Below the pieces are notes generated by a model. The model had not been told where the DNA came from. It saw only the letters and a list, made by a program, of their open reading frames with translations, and searched no databases. From positions 1 to 37,107 of the forward strand of contig JACRKZ010000120.1 of the NCBI GenBank assembly GCA_016235455.1: a DNA stretch of 37,107 nt, written 5' to 3'. The first letter of the stretch is position 1. The number at the start of each line of letters is the position of its first letter. This document shows, one piece after another, positions 1 to 10,100 of the stretch. This stretch comes from Armatimonadota bacterium. GTDB lineage: Bacteria; Armatimonadota; UBA10988. The position numbers were made by a program, and so were the translations under genes.

Positions 1-117
1 GGCCAGCGGGTCAAGGGCGCGGGCATGCGCTGGAGCCGCGAGGGGCTCAACGCGGTGTTGGCCGTGCTGGCCAACGACCTGTCCGACCCCGTCGTGCGTT
101 GGAAGGCGGCCGCGTGA
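1..117 (+). CDS. C-terminal fragment of a Mutator-like DDE transposase (ISKra4/ISLre2-type); gene starts before the window
   Basis: Frame 1 reads GQRVKGAGMRWSREGLNAVLAVLANDLSDPVVRWKAAA*. R-x-K-x-x-GMRWS-x-x-G is the characteristic C-terminal motif of these transposases. Too short for the ORF track. Confidence 0.75.
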   Translation, partial: GQRVKGAGMRWSREGLNAVLAVLANDLSDPVVRWKAAA

Positions 118-140
118 GTCCCGCAGCGTGACTCGCACCC
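1..140 (+). mobile_element. Right end of an insertion sequence (probable terminal inverted repeat ending ...GACTCGCACCC)
   Basis: The transposase stop at 117 is followed by 23 bp ending in CACCC (reverse complement GGGTGCGAGTC). GGG termini are typical of ISKra4-type elements. The left end is outside the window, so the IR and target duplication cannot be confirmed. Confidence 0.55.
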
Positions 141-156
141 CGCGCCACCATAGGCT

Positions 157-186
157 TTGACTCCCCCGCCACCCAAGGAGTAATGT
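157..186 (+). promoter_or_regulatory. Putative sigma70 promoter of argD
   Basis: TTGACT (157-162), 18 bp spacer, TAATGT (181-186). SD AAAGGAG at 224-230. Confidence 0.55.
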
Positions 187-236
187 GAGACTCCCACGGG
201 GCCAACCCCGGGGCCGAGGCTTGAAAGGAGCCACTC

Positions 237-1442
237 GTGATGGACCTGGCCGAAAACCGGCGACTGGATGAGGCCTTTGTCGTGCAGAACTATGGTACGC
301 GCCTGCCAATCGCGTTCGTGAAGGGCGAAGGCTGCTACCTGTGGGACAGCGAGGGGCGTCGTTACCTCGACTTCCTGGCGGGCATCGCCGTCTGCACGCT
401 GGGGCACTCTCATCCGCGTCTGGTGGCCGCCATCGCCGAGCAGGCTGCCACACTGCTGCACACCAGCAACTACTTCCACATCGGCCCGCAAGCGCGGACC
501 GCGGAGCTGCTCGTCCAGGCCTCCGGCTTGGACCGGGTGTTGTTCTGCAACAGCGGCGCCGAGGCCAACGAGGCGTTGCTGAAGGCCGCGCGACGCTGGT
601 CGGCCGGCCGGTGGGGCGAAGGTGTGCGGCCCACGGTGATCACTTGCCTCAACTCGTTCCACGGGCGCACCCTGGCCACCTTGACCGCCACGGGCAACCC
701 CAAGGTCAAGGACGGCTTCGCGCCGCTGATGCCCGGGTTCCGGCACGTGCCGTTCAACGACCTGGCGGCGGCCGAGGCGGCCATCGACGACACCGTCTGC
801 GCCTTCCTGGTGGAGCCGGTGCAGGGCGAGGCCGGCATCATCGTGGCCGATGACGCCTATCTGCGGGGCCTGCGCGCCCTGTGTGACGAGCGCGGCATCC
901 TGCTGCTGCTCGACGAGGTACAAAGCGGCGTCGGCCGCACGGGCACGCTGTTTGCCTTCGAGCAGTACGGCATCCGGCCCGACGGCGTCTCGTTGGCCAA
1001 GGGCCTGGCCGGTGGCGTGCCCATTGGCGCGGCCATCTTCAACCAGGCGCTGTCCGACGCGCTGCCCGCGGGCACCCACGGCACCACGTTCGGCGGCAAC
1101 TTCCTGGCCACGCGCGCCGCGCAGACCACGCTGGAGGTAATCGCCGACGAGCAGGTGCTGGAGAACGTGAACGACGTGGCGCCGTACCTGCGCGCCGAGC
1201 TGGACAAGCTGGTCGACCGGCACGAACTGCTCGAGGGCGTGCGCGGGCGCGGCTTCATGCTGGCCATCGCCTTGCGCGAGGAAGTCGCCAACGTCCTGCG
1301 CGACGCCTGCGCCGAGCGCGGACTGGTGGTCAACGCCGTGCGCCCCAACGCGCTGCGCCTCCTGCCGCCGCTGACCATCGGCCGCGCCCAAGTGGACGAG
1401 GCCGTGGCCATCCTGGACGCGGCCATCACGTCTCTGGCATAG
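237..1442 (+). CDS. argD: Acetylornithine aminotransferase (class III PLP aminotransferase)
   Basis: Motifs YLDFLAGIAV, NSGAEANE, SFHGRT, EPVQGEAG, DEVQSGVGRTG, SLAKGLAGG (PLP Lys) and HGTTFGGN. Start is GTG 237 or ATG 240 after AAAGGAG. Confidence 0.92.
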   Translation: MMDLAENRRLDEAFVVQNYGTRLPIAFVKGEGCYLWDSEGRRYLDFLAGIAVCTLGHSHPRLVAAIAEQAATLLHTSNYFHIGPQARTAELLVQASGLDRVLFCNSGAEANEALLKAARRWSAGRWGEGVRPTVITCLNSFHGRTLATLTATGNPKVKDGFAPLMPGFRHVPFNDLAAAEAAIDDTVCAFLVEPVQGEAGIIVADDAYLRGLRALCDERGILLLLDEVQSGVGRTGTLFAFEQYGIRPDGVSLAKGLAGGVPIGAAIFNQALSDALPAGTHGTTFGGNFLATRAAQTTLEVIADEQVLENVNDVAPYLRAELDKLVDRHELLEGVRGRGFMLAIALREEVANVLRDACAERGLVVNAVRPNALRLLPPLTIGRAQVDEAVAILDAAITSLA

Positions 1443-1452
1443 CCAATAGGAC

Positions 1453-1519
1453 TCCACAGATTACACAGATTGCACAGATTGAAGACCTGGCCATCTGTGT
1501 AATCTGCGTAATCTGTGGA
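1453..1519. repeat. REP-like palindrome built from 9-bp units (CACAGATTA x3 per arm)
   Basis: Arms TCCACAGATTACACAGATTGCACAGAT (1453-1479) and ATCTGTGTAATCTGCGTAATCTGTGGA (1493-1519): 27 bp, 25/27 complementary, 13-nt loop, AT-rich against the background. Confidence 0.9.
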
Positions 1520-1542
1520 TCTTTGCAGCTTAGGGGACCCAG

Positions 1543-2613
1543 ATGATGCGTGGGAAGCTGGCCATCCTTCGTCCTTGGCTCATCCTGGGCGTGGTTTGTG
1601 CCGGCTTCTCGCTGCATCCGGGGTTTCTGCATACCTTCTGGACACGGGCCTATCTGCCCAACATTGCCCAGCAGGCGGCCAGCAATGTCATCCTGGCCGT
1701 GGGCATGACCTTCGTCATCCTCACCAGCGGCATCGACCTGTCTGTCGGCTCGGTGCTGGCGCTGTGCGGCGTGGCGCTCGGCATGACCGTGACGCAAGGG
1801 CCGCCGCTGTTCATCGCCGCACTCATGGCCGTGCCAGCGGGCGTGTTGGCGGCCGCACTGTTGCGCCGGCGCGGCGCCGTAGCCTCGGTCGCGGGCGGCG
1901 CGCTGGGCTGGCTGGCGGCCGCGGCGGCCATCGTCCTGGCCACGCGCGGCGGCTTGCGGCTGGAGGGCGCCCTGCTCCTCTGCCTGTGCTGCGGCCTGGG
2001 CTGCGGCCTGATCAACGGCCTGACCGTGACCCTCGGCCGCGTGCCGCCGTTCGTGGTGACGCTGGGCATGCTGACCGCCGCGCGCGGGCTGACGGTCTTC
2101 GCCACCAACGGCCAGAGCGTGTCGGGCCTGCCGCCACGGCTCGGGCTGCTGGGCGAGGGCGCGCCGCTGGTGGCGCTGGCGGCGCTGGTGGTGGTCGCGG
2201 GGTCGATGCTGCTGACGCGCACGCGCATCGGCCGCTACCTGGTGGCGGTCGGCGGCAACGAGGAAGCGGCACGGCTATCGGGTCTCGATCTGGTGGCCAT
2301 CAAGACCACGGCCTACGCCCTGAGCGGTCTGGCCGCGGCGGTGGCGGCCATCGCCATCACCGCCAAGTTCGCCGTGGCCGACACCGGCGCGGGCACCAAC
2401 GCCGAACTCAACGCCATCGCAGCCGTCGTGATCGGCGGCACCAGCCTGAGCGGCGGCAAGGGCAGTGTCGTGGGCAGCCTGGTGGGTGCGCTGACCATCG
2501 CCGTACTCAATGCCGGGCTGGTACTGGTCGGTGTGCGCGATACGCTGCAGGGCGTGGTCATCGGCACGGTCATTGTAGCGGCGGTCATGCTGGATCAGGC
2601 GCGCCGACGGTAG
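1543..2613 (+). CDS. Sugar ABC transporter permease (RbsC family)
   Basis: GMTFVILTSGIDLSVGS, PPFVVTLG, GGNEEAARLSG, ELNAIAAVVIGGTSLSGGKGS; highly hydrophobic. Confidence 0.92.
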   Translation: MMRGKLAILRPWLILGVVCAGFSLHPGFLHTFWTRAYLPNIAQQAASNVILAVGMTFVILTSGIDLSVGSVLALCGVALGMTVTQGPPLFIAALMAVPAGVLAAALLRRRGAVASVAGGALGWLAAAAAIVLATRGGLRLEGALLLCLCCGLGCGLINGLTVTLGRVPPFVVTLGMLTAARGLTVFATNGQSVSGLPPRLGLLGEGAPLVALAALVVVAGSMLLTRTRIGRYLVAVGGNEEAARLSGLDLVAIKTTAYALSGLAAAVAAIAITAKFAVADTGAGTNAELNAIAAVVIGGTSLSGGKGSVVGSLVGALTIAVLNAGLVLVGVRDTLQGVVIGTVIVAAVMLDQARRR

Positions 2614-2722
2614 TGCGCGACCGCGCCGCCGTCTTTCGGGCCGGTCGGACTCGTCGGACGGCCCCGCGGCATGCGGCAGGTGTCCGCTGCCCAGCAGCCA
2701 ATACCCGCGCCGGGAGCCTGTC

Positions 2723-3760
2723 ATGTCCAAGCGTCTCATCGGTTTGCTGTCCCTGGTTGGTTGCCTCATGCTGGCCGGCTGCGGCAAGGAGCCGCAAGCC
2801 CAGTCGGACGCCACCAAGCCACCGCCCGTGCCCAAGATGGTCGAGCCGGCCAAGACGGCCGCGCCGGCCATGGAGGCCATCTCCACCGCCGACCTGGACC
2901 AGGTGCCCAAGTCGCCCAAGGAACTGAAGCTGGCGCTGGTGGTCAAGACGCGCAACAACCCCTTCTTCACGCCGATGATCGAAGCCGCCGAGGCCGAGGC
3001 CAAGAAGCTCGGCGTCAAGCTGGACGTGCAGGCGCCGCCGCAGGAATCCGACAAGGAGCGCCAGTTCGCGCTGTGTCAGGACGTGGTGGCCAAGGGCGTC
3101 GATGCGCTGCTCATCGCCCCGGCGGACAGCAAGGCCATCGTGCCCGCGCTCAAGGCCGCCGCGGAGAAGGGCGTGCTGGTGGTCAACGTGGACAACCGCG
3201 TGGACGCCGCTGCCGCGCAGGCCGCCGGGCTGAACCTGGGCGGCTATGTCGGCGCCGACAACGAGGCCGGCGGCAAGCTGGCCGGCGAAGCGTTGGTCGC
3301 CAAGCTCGGTGGCAAGGGCAAGATCGCCATCCTGGAAGGCATCCGCGGCGCGGACAATGCCGAATCGCGCAAGCGCGGCTGCGAAGCGGCGGTCAAGGGC
3401 AAGCTGGAGGTGGTGGCCACGGAGAGCGCCGAGTGGGACACCAAGCTGGCCTATGACAAGATGCAGTCGATCCTGGCCAAGCACGCCGACCTGGCCGGCG
3501 TGTTCTGCGCCAACGACAAGATGGCGCTCGGCGCCGTCAAGGCCATCGCCGAAGCCGGCCGCAAGGGCCAGATCGCGGTCGTCGGCTACGACAACATCGC
3601 CGACGTCAAGCCGCTGCTGAGCAGCAACCAGATGGCCGCCACCATCGAGCAGCACCCCGACCTCATGGGCAAGTACGCCGTGCGCATGGCCGTGGGCATG
3701 TTGTCCGGCGGGTTGCCCAAGGGGCGCGAGAATCTGGTCAAGCTCGACGTGGTCAAGTAG
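2723..3760 (+). CDS. Sugar ABC transporter substrate-binding lipoprotein (RbsB-like)
   Basis: Lipobox LAGC; KTRNNPFF, VGADN, GVFCANDKMALGA, VVGYD, ATIEQHP motifs of the periplasmic binding protein type I fold. Confidence 0.9.
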   Translation: MSKRLIGLLSLVGCLMLAGCGKEPQAQSDATKPPPVPKMVEPAKTAAPAMEAISTADLDQVPKSPKELKLALVVKTRNNPFFTPMIEAAEAEAKKLGVKLDVQAPPQESDKERQFALCQDVVAKGVDALLIAPADSKAIVPALKAAAEKGVLVVNVDNRVDAAAAQAAGLNLGGYVGADNEAGGKLAGEALVAKLGGKGKIAILEGIRGADNAESRKRGCEAAVKGKLEVVATESAEWDTKLAYDKMQSILAKHADLAGVFCANDKMALGAVKAIAEAGRKGQIAVVGYDNIADVKPLLSSNQMAATIEQHPDLMGKYAVRMAVGMLSGGLPKGRENLVKLDVVK

Positions 3761-3812
3761 CCGGAAGGTGAGCTGGTAACGGCCGTCGAATGGCGCGGTC
3801 GGAGCCGTGCCC

Positions 3813-4358
3813 ATGCGTCGTGTCGCCCTTGTGCTGCTTGCCCTCGCCCTGCCCGCCGCCGCTCAGGATCTGGCGTCGGGGTTCGCCAGCCCGCCGCCAT
3901 CGGCGCGGCCGCAGGTGTGGTGGCACTGGCTCAACGGCAACGTGACGCCCGCGGGCATCACCGCCGACCTGGAGGCGTTCCGGCGCGTCGGGCTGGGCGG
4001 CGGCACCATCGCCAACATCCCGTATGCCAATGTCGGCCCCGCGCCGTTCAACTCGGTCGCCTGGCACGCGGCGGTGAAGCACGCCGCCGCCGAGGCCAGG
4101 CGTCTCGGCCTGGAGCTTGGCTTCTTCAACTGCGAGGGTTGGAGCAGTTCGGGCGGACCGTGGGTCAAGCCGGTCGACGCGATGCAGATGCTGGTCTGGA
4201 GCCAGCGGCGTGTGGCCGGTCCGGCGCCGGTGACGGTGCCCAGCCAGCCACTGACGCGGCTCGGCACGTACCGTGACGCGCTACTGCTGGCCTTCCCCAC
4301 GCCGAGCGACGAGCGGCTGCCCCGGGCGCGGTGTGGGTACGTGGTCAGATGGAGCTGA
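3813..4358 (+). pseudogene. GH106 alpha-L-rhamnosidase-like glycoside hydrolase, N-terminal fragment
   Basis: Signal peptide MRRVALVLLALALPAAA, then FASPPPSARPQVWWHWLNGNVT..GITADLE and NCEGWSSSGGPWV. Similarity ends near LLAFPTP (about 4300) and the frame closes at 4358. SD GGAG at 3801. Confidence 0.8.
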
Positions 4359-7117
4359 GCCAGTCGGCCGACGGGCAGACCTTCACCGCGGTGGTGCGCG
4401 CCGAGCTGCCTAGCTCGTTCCTCGACATCGGCACCGACTGGCTGGTGGACAAGCGCTTCGCCGGGGTCACGGCACGCTTCTACCGCCTGACCTTCGAGCC
4501 CCAGGGCGGTGGCGGCCAGACCATGCAGATCGCCGAACTCGATCTGATGCCGCCGGCCGGCCCCGAACCCATTGATCCTGACAGCATCGTCGACTTGACC
4601 GGCCGCACGCAGTGGCAGGCACCCACCGGCGACTGGACACTGCTGCGCCTGGGCTACACGCCGATTGGCAAGAAGAACCACCCGGCCACGGAGTTTGGCA
4701 TCGGGCTGGAGTGCGACAAGCTCAGCCGCACGGCGCTGGAGCACCACTTCCGCGACGGCATCGACCCGCTGCTGCGCGAGCTGGGCCCGCTGGTGGGCAG
4801 TTCGATGCGCTACAGCCTGATTGACAGCTATGAGTGCGGTGAGCAGAACTGGACCGCCAACCTGCCGGCCGAGTTCGCCAGCCGGCGTGGTTACTCGCTG
4901 GCCGCCTGGTTGCCCGCGCTGACCGGCCGGCAGGTGGCCAGCGCGGCGCGCAGCCAGCGCTTCGAGCAGGACTTCCGCCGCACGGTCGCCGACCTGTGGA
5001 ACGCGAACTACTACGGCGCCTTCGCGGATCTGTGCCATGCCCGCGGCCTGAAGTCCTCGGCCGAAGCCTACGGCTGCCGCCTGTTCGATGAGTTGCGCGC
5101 CGGCGGGCTGAGCGACATGCCCATGAGCGAGTTCTGGCTCGGCAACCTGGACGACGGCGGCATCAGCAAGCAAGCGGCCTCGGAAGCGCACACCTATGGC
5201 CGGCCCATCGTCGGCGCCGAGGCATTCACCTCGGGCGATGCCTACAACTTCGATCCGGCGGGCATGAAGGCCCAAGGCGACGCCATGTTCGCCGCCGGAG
5301 TCAACCGCTACTACTTCCACAGCAGTGCCGGCCAGCCAGACCCGAGCCGGAACGGGCCTGGCATGGTCTGGGGCAACGGCATCCACCTGACGCGCAACCT
5401 GACCTGGTTCGAACAGAGCCGCTCGTGGCTGACCTATCTGGCCCGCTGCGAGTACCTGCTGCAGGCCGGGCAGAGCCAGGTCGACCTGCTGGCGCTGCAA
5501 CAGGACGACAGCCGGCCGGGCCGCAACCTGCCCGCCGCCTGGGACCACGACAGCATCGACCCGTACCTGCTGCGCGACGCGCTGCGCGTGGTCGACGGCC
5601 GCCTGGTCCTGCCGTCGGGCGCCACCTACCGTGTGCTGGTGCTGCCCGAGGCGCCGTTGGCCGTGGCCACGCTGCGCCGCGTGGCCGAACTGGCGCGGGC
5701 CGGCGCGGCGGTCTTCGGGCCACGGCCGACCCAGGCGCTCGGCCTGACCGACTACCCGGCCTGCGACGCCGAGGTGGCCGGGCTGGCCGCGGAGCTGTGG
5801 GGCAATATCGACGGAGCCAAGGTCATCCGCCACGATGTGGGCCGGGGCCGGGTCTACTGGACCGGCTCAGCCGCGCGCGTGCAACCGATGCTCGACGATC
5901 TGCGGCTGCCGCCCGACCTGATCACCACGTCGCCCGACGACGGACTGCGCTGGATCCATCGGCGTAACGCCGAGGCGGACTGGTACTTCGTGGCCAACCC
6001 CGACCGCCGCCGGCTGACCACCACCTGCGTGTTCCGCCAGACCGGCCGCCGGCCCGAACTGTGGCAGGCCGAGACCGGACAGCGCCGGCCGGCGCCGGCC
6101 TGGCACCCCCTGCCCGACGGGCGCACGGCGGTGACCATGACCTTCGACCCGACCCAGTCGTGGTTCGTGGTCTTCCCGCGCGCCGCCGCGCCGGCCGATG
6201 GCCACTTGACCGACATCGTCTGCCAGACCCCGCGGCCGCGCCATGACATTGTGATCAAGAGCGCTGTCTATGCCGCCATCGACGGCACCGGCGCGAGCAT
6301 CGACCTGACCGCCAAGGTCGCGCCCACGCTGGCGGCCGGTGAGGCGCTGGCGCGCGTCGGCAACGAGACCGCCGGCGTCGACCCGTCACCGTTCCACGTC
6401 AAGCAACTGCGCTTGGAGTACGTGTTGGACGGCCAGCCCGGCGTGAGCGTCTTCCGCGAGAACGACCGCGTGCGTCTGCCCGAACGCGAGCCGGCCGACG
6501 ACCTGCCCGACTGGGACCTGACGCTCGACGACCGGGGCCAGCCGCGGCTGACCGCCTGGCGCGATGGCCAGTGGCAACTGCACCGGCCGGCCGGCCCGCC
6601 GCTCACACGGCGCGCCAGCGTGCCCGAGCCGCTGACGCTGGACGGTCCCTGGACCGTGCGGTTCGACCCGCGCTGGGGCGGACCGGCCGAGGCGCTGACC
6701 TTCGACCGCCTGACCGACTGGACCCAACGGCCCGAGGATGGCGTGCGCTACTACTCGGGCACCGCGGTCTATGAGGCACGGTTCGACCTGCCGGCCGAGT
6801 GGGTCCGCGGGCCGCTGTGCCTTGACCTGGGCGGCCTGTCCAACCTGGCCGAGGTAGCGCTCAACGGCCGCGACCTGGGCGTGGTGTGGAAGGCGCCATG
6901 GCGCGTCGACTTGGCCGGTGTGGCCACGCCAGGGCGGAACCGGCTGACCGTACGGGTCACCAACCAGTGGACCAACCGGTTGATCGGCGACCGACGGCTG
7001 CCTGAGGCACAACGCCTGGCCAAGACGTCGCACTACCCCTACGAGGCCACGTCGCCCTTGCAGCCGTCGGGCCTGTTCGGGCCGGTGAGGGTGCGCGCGG
7101 GCGTGGTTGTGCGCTGA
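4331..7117 (+). CDS. GH106 alpha-L-rhamnosidase-like glycoside hydrolase, C-terminal remainder (different frame from the N-terminal fragment)
   Basis: GLECDKLS, LIDSYE, PMSEFW, IVGAEAFT, GVNR, YYSGTAVY, VTNQWTNRLIGD, PSGLFGPV. No signal peptide of its own. Confidence 0.85.
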   Translation: MWVRGQMELSQSADGQTFTAVVRAELPSSFLDIGTDWLVDKRFAGVTARFYRLTFEPQGGGGQTMQIAELDLMPPAGPEPIDPDSIVDLTGRTQWQAPTGDWTLLRLGYTPIGKKNHPATEFGIGLECDKLSRTALEHHFRDGIDPLLRELGPLVGSSMRYSLIDSYECGEQNWTANLPAEFASRRGYSLAAWLPALTGRQVASAARSQRFEQDFRRTVADLWNANYYGAFADLCHARGLKSSAEAYGCRLFDELRAGGLSDMPMSEFWLGNLDDGGISKQAASEAHTYGRPIVGAEAFTSGDAYNFDPAGMKAQGDAMFAAGVNRYYFHSSAGQPDPSRNGPGMVWGNGIHLTRNLTWFEQSRSWLTYLARCEYLLQAGQSQVDLLALQQDDSRPGRNLPAAWDHDSIDPYLLRDALRVVDGRLVLPSGATYRVLVLPEAPLAVATLRRVAELARAGAAVFGPRPTQALGLTDYPACDAEVAGLAAELWGNIDGAKVIRHDVGRGRVYWTGSAARVQPMLDDLRLPPDLITTSPDDGLRWIHRRNAEADWYFVANPDRRRLTTTCVFRQTGRRPELWQAETGQRRPAPAWHPLPDGRTAVTMTFDPTQSWFVVFPRAAAPADGHLTDIVCQTPRPRHDIVIKSAVYAAIDGTGASIDLTAKVAPTLAAGEALARVGNETAGVDPSPFHVKQLRLEYVLDGQPGVSVFRENDRVRLPEREPADDLPDWDLTLDDRGQPRLTAWRDGQWQLHRPAGPPLTRRASVPEPLTLDGPWTVRFDPRWGGPAEALTFDRLTDWTQRPEDGVRYYSGTAVYEARFDLPAEWVRGPLCLDLGGLSNLAEVALNGRDLGVVWKAPWRVDLAGVATPGRNRLTVRVTNQWTNRLIGDRRLPEAQRLAKTSHYPYEATSPLQPSGLFGPVRVRAGVVVR

Positions 7118-7118
7118 G

Positions 7119-10100
7119 TCAGGCCACCAACTCGCAGTCGGCCAGCACAGCGTCGATCGACTCCGGCGGGATCGGGCGCAGTTCGGCGGTCCGCAGCGGC
7201 TCCACCCAGCGCTCGTCGCACGGGCGCCGGGGCACGCCCTGGTGGCTCCGTTGCTGGTCGCTGGCGGTGATGTAGCGGGCCGCGCGGTCGGGCTGTCCCT
7301 CCACGGCGGCGGCGCGCGCCAGGTCGTCCAAGCAGGCCAGCACGCCGCGCCGGTCGTCGTAGCGGGTGAACCAGTGCAGCGCGTCGACCAGCTCGGGTCG
7401 GGCTTCCTCGGCGCGGCCGAGCGCCAGCAGCGCCTCGCCGAGGCCCTTGCGCGCGGCCGTCTCGAGTTGCTCATCGCCGCGCTCGCGGGCTGCGGCGAGG
7501 AGGCTGCGGAAGGCGACTTCAGCGCGGTCGGCGTGACCGGTGGCGATGGCCAGGTCGGCCAGGTTGAGCCGTGCCACGAGCACCGCGCGCGTGTCGCCGA
7601 GCTCGTCGAAGCGCTCCAGCGCCTCGGCGTAGCGGGTCTGGGCCAGTTCCACCTCGCCCATGGCCGCGGCGATGTCGCCCAGGTTGAGCAGTGCCATGGC
7701 CTCGCCGCGTCGGTTGCCGATGGCCGTCTGCGCCTCGTAGCCCTCGCGATAGAGACGGCGCGCCGTCTCCCACTCGCCCTGCTCAAAGGCGATGATGCCC
7801 AGGTTGTTGAGCGTCAGGGCGATGCCCCGCTGGTCGCCCAACTCGCGCTGGGTGGCCAGCGCCTCGGCGTAGCGCGCGCGCGCCGCGACCAGGTCGCCGG
7901 TGGCCAGCAGCAGCGCGCCCAGGTCGCTCAGCGAGCTGGCCACGCCGCCGGTATCGCCGGTCTCGCGCCGCAGCGCCAGGCTGGCCTCGAAATGCTCTCG
8001 GGCCTCGTCCAGCCGGCCGGTGTTGAAAGCGACCACGCCCAGGTTGGCCAGCGAGCCGGCCATGCCGCGCCGGTCGCCCAGCTCGGTGCGCAGGTCGAGG
8101 CTGGCGCGCAGCCACGCCCCGGCCGCCGCGAAGTCGCACTGCGCCGAGGCCACGCTGCCCAGGTTGCCCAGCGTGGCGGCCTCGCCCCAGCGGTTGCCCG
8201 TGGCGCGCCGCGCAGCCAGGCTCTCGGTGTAGAACTCACGGGCCGCGGCATAGTCGCCCTGCCCCCAGGCCACCTTGCCCAGTTCGTTGAGCGCATTGCC
8301 CGCGCCGGCCAGGTCGTCCAGTTCGCGGCTGAGCGCCAGGCAGGCATCCAGGTGCGCGCGCGCGCCGTCGTAGTCGCCGCCGCGGTAGGCCAGATGACCG
8401 GCGCGTGCCAGCACCCGCGCCCGCAGGTCGGCCGGCGCGTCCTCCGCCCGAGCCAGCGCCGCGGTCATCGCGGCACGCCCCTCGGTCCAGTAGCCCCGTA
8501 CCATCCAGAAGCGCCAGAGCGCGCCCGCCAGCCGCAGACCCTGGCAGGGATCATGCTCGGCACACCAGTCCAGCGCCCGGCGGAAGTTCTCGCGCTCGGC
8601 CTCCAGCCGAGCCAGCACAGCCGGGTCCTCGCCGGCTTCAAGATGGGTTTGCATCGATTCTGCCAGATCGACGAAGAAAGCGGCGTGCCGGGCCTGCCAG
8701 ACCGGCTCGTCGCCGTGCGCGGCCAGGCGCTCAGCGGCGTAGGCGCGCAGTGTCTCCAGGCAGCGGTAGCGCACGGCCTCGCCGACCTGCTCGGCGACCA
8801 GCAGCGAGCTCTCGCGCAGCAGGGCCAGATCGTCGAGCGCCAGCGGGTTGTCGCAGACGGCCTCGACCGCCTCCAGGCTGCAGCCGCCGGCGAAGACCGA
8901 GACCCGCGCGTAGAACGCCTGAAGCTCGGGGTCGAGCAGTTGGTAGCTCCACTCCACCGCGGCGCGCAGAGTGCGATGCCGTTCGGCGGTGTCGCGCCGT
9001 CGACTGACCAGCAGGTCGAGCGGCTTGCCCAGGCGTTCGAGCATCTGTTGTGGCGTGAGCACCTGAGCGCGGCTGGCCGCCAGCTCGATGGCCAGCGGAA
9101 TGCCCTCGAGCCGCGCGCACAGCTCGGCCACCGCCGGTGCGTTGGTGGCAGTCAGGGCGAAGTCGGGCCGCACCGCCTGGGCGCGGTCGACGAACAGCTG
9201 CACGCTCTCGCAGCGCGACAGCAGTTCGGGCTCGGTGGTGCCATGCGGCGTGGGCAGTGGCGGCACGGCGAACTCGTGCTCGCCGGCCACAGTCAGCCGT
9301 TGGCGCGACGAGACCAGACAGCTCACGGTGGGAATGCGTTCCAGCAGCGCATGGACGGCCAACGCGCCGGTCTCCACGAGCTGCTCATAGTTGTCCAGGA
9401 TGAGCAGGCTCTGGTGGCCGGCCAGTGCCTGGCTCAGCGCCTCCAGCGGCTCGCGCTCGGGCGGTCGGGCCACGCCCAGGCTGGCCAGGATGGTGTCGTG
9501 GACCAACTCGGGGTCCCACACGTCGGCCAGCGGCACGAACCACACCGAGCCGCCGAACGGGTCGAGCAGCCGGTGTCCGGTCTCCAGGGCCAGGCGCGTC
9601 TTGCCGGTGCCGCCGGGGCCGGTCAGCGTGACCAGCCGCGCACGGTCGTCCAGCAGCAGGCCTTCGACGCGGTCCAGTTCGGCGGCGCGGCCGAAGAAGC
9701 GGGTGATCTGGTGGGGCAGGTTGCCGCTCTGCCCTGCCTCGGCGCGCAGCGGCGGGAAGCTGTGCTCGGGCAGATCGGTGGCGTCGACCTGGCTCACGCG
9801 CATGGGTCGCGCGCCCGGCGCCAGACGGTAGAGCCCGAGATCGACGAGCCACACGCCCGGTTGCAGGTCACGCCGCAGCAGCGCCGCGGCCGGCTCGGAG
9901 CAGAGGATCTGGCCGGGATGGCCGGCCAGCAGCAGGTGCTCCGCGACGCGAGCCAGCGGTCCCTGGTCCTGCTCCTCGCCCACCTCACCGGTGTGCAGCG
10001 CGATGCCCAGTGGTTCGCCGCCCGATCGCACCAGGGCCAGCGCGCAGTCAAGCGCATCGGTGGTGCGGCCAAAGACGGCGGCGCCCGGCCGGGTCAGATG

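Noticed and set aside
1453-1519. Possible CRISPR array
   Set aside because: Units are 9 bp with no spacers and are arranged as one inverted pair; no cas genes in the window.
2637-2666. GTCGGAC tandem (9-bp period) within a weak GC hairpin between the permease and binding protein genes
   Set aside because: Only two units and a short stem; expected by chance at this GC content.
7400-8400. Recurrent 120-bp-period similarity (CCCAGGTTG / CCAGGTCG)
   Set aside because: Explained by the 40-aa TPR repeats of the regulator, not by a DNA-level repeat element.
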